From Somniosus microcephalus (taxonomy: Eukaryota), in assembly GCA_052327205.1 (NCBI GenBank), contig CM126212.1, forward strand, positions 16,678,001-16,742,000: a stretch of 64,000 nt of DNA, read 5' to 3'. A model generated the notes under the pieces. That model did no database searches. It saw only the letters and a list, made by a program, of their open reading frames with translations, and had not been told where the DNA came from. A program made the translations under genes and the position numbers. Numbering within the stretch: the first letter of the stretch is position 1; each line of letters starts with the position of its first letter. Shown here piece after piece: positions 63,103 to 64,000 of the stretch.

Positions 63103-64000
63103 GCAGAGGAACTACCTGGCAGGTTTTCTTGTACAACAGCATCTCTGAAACAATGGGTAATAACTTTTCCCCCAGTGGACTGGCCAGCTTGTCAGGATCA
63201 GGCAAGCCCCTTTGAAATGACATCAGCCAATGTATACTTACCCTGAGAGAGAAAGACTGGTAGCCTTCAGAACAGAAGGGAGAATGCTTGTTGCAATACC
63301 AAACGACAAATTCTCCAAAGAAATATTAAAAATGAAGACTTTTATCATTCGAAACAAGCCAAATCTCCAATTCTTTACAAGTCCGGGTTGGGTGTCATTA
63401 TCCCTCATAATACTTCAGGAAATACAGTTGTCTATTTTTGCTGAATGATAACAGGACATAATTTACAATATAAAGCAATTGTTTAAACTTTTATTGGCAT
63501 ATTATGATGCAATACCAATTTCTCTCCCCCCCGCCCACCCCCACTTTGAGCACCAGATCCAATAAACCAACTGGATTATATTACACTGATCCAGACTTCT
63601 CAAAGGACAATTAGGAAAAATTTCCAACTGTATAAAACCTGTTCATGGCAATAATAATTAATATCTTTCAACTGGCAAAAGCCAAGACACCTTCTATGTT
63701 GAAACAGTAACAGAGTCGGGTGCGGAGGTTAAAATAACAGCACATAACAGAAAATTTCAGGAATTTTTACATCTGCTCTAAGGTGGTAGAGACAAGGAGC
63801 CACACGTTTCAAATATATAACTGAATGCAGAGAAGTACTCTCAGAAGAAATAGGGGCACTTGATAAAGATGCGATAATGTTTGCCTGGGGAACAGATGCT
63901 AGTCAGGTTAGCATATTCTGTTCACTCCCCATCTGCCAGCAAATCCATGGGATTATAACTACTTATAAACCTCTCAAGCTTTTATAACTGCCCTCTGATT

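Overview
AT-rich, repeat-dense vertebrate genomic DNA, most likely from a shark or other cartilaginous fish, judged from the SacSINE1-like, MetaSINE-like, HER1-type CR1 and Penelope repeats. I could not recognise any complete host gene. The window looks like intronic sequence of a large minus-strand gene, with one convincing 11-nt microexon (60074-60084) and several weaker candidate alternative first or terminal exons (17-31 kb). Most long ORFs in the supplied track come from transposons. The mobile elements are: a decayed two-gene PIF/Harbinger transposon (2462-6656) and an internally deleted relative (41145-42794); several Harbinger-type MITEs, two of them CpG-island-like; four pogo/Tigger-type MITEs; a hAT MITE; a 1.6-kb solo LTR; CR1, L2, RTE and RTE-X LINE fragments; and Penelope remnants, one carrying a minimal hammerhead ribozyme. 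The most unusual observations are: a 92-bp inverted copy of the transposase 3' end inserted into its own 5' end (a possible self-silencing hairpin allele); MITEs carrying paired RFX X-box motifs; an RTE LINE with a twin-priming-type 5' inversion; a teleost-like RTE-X fragment; and an unexplained ~170-200-bp inverted repeat at 53.1-53.9 kb. Family names are from recognition by eye, not from database searches.
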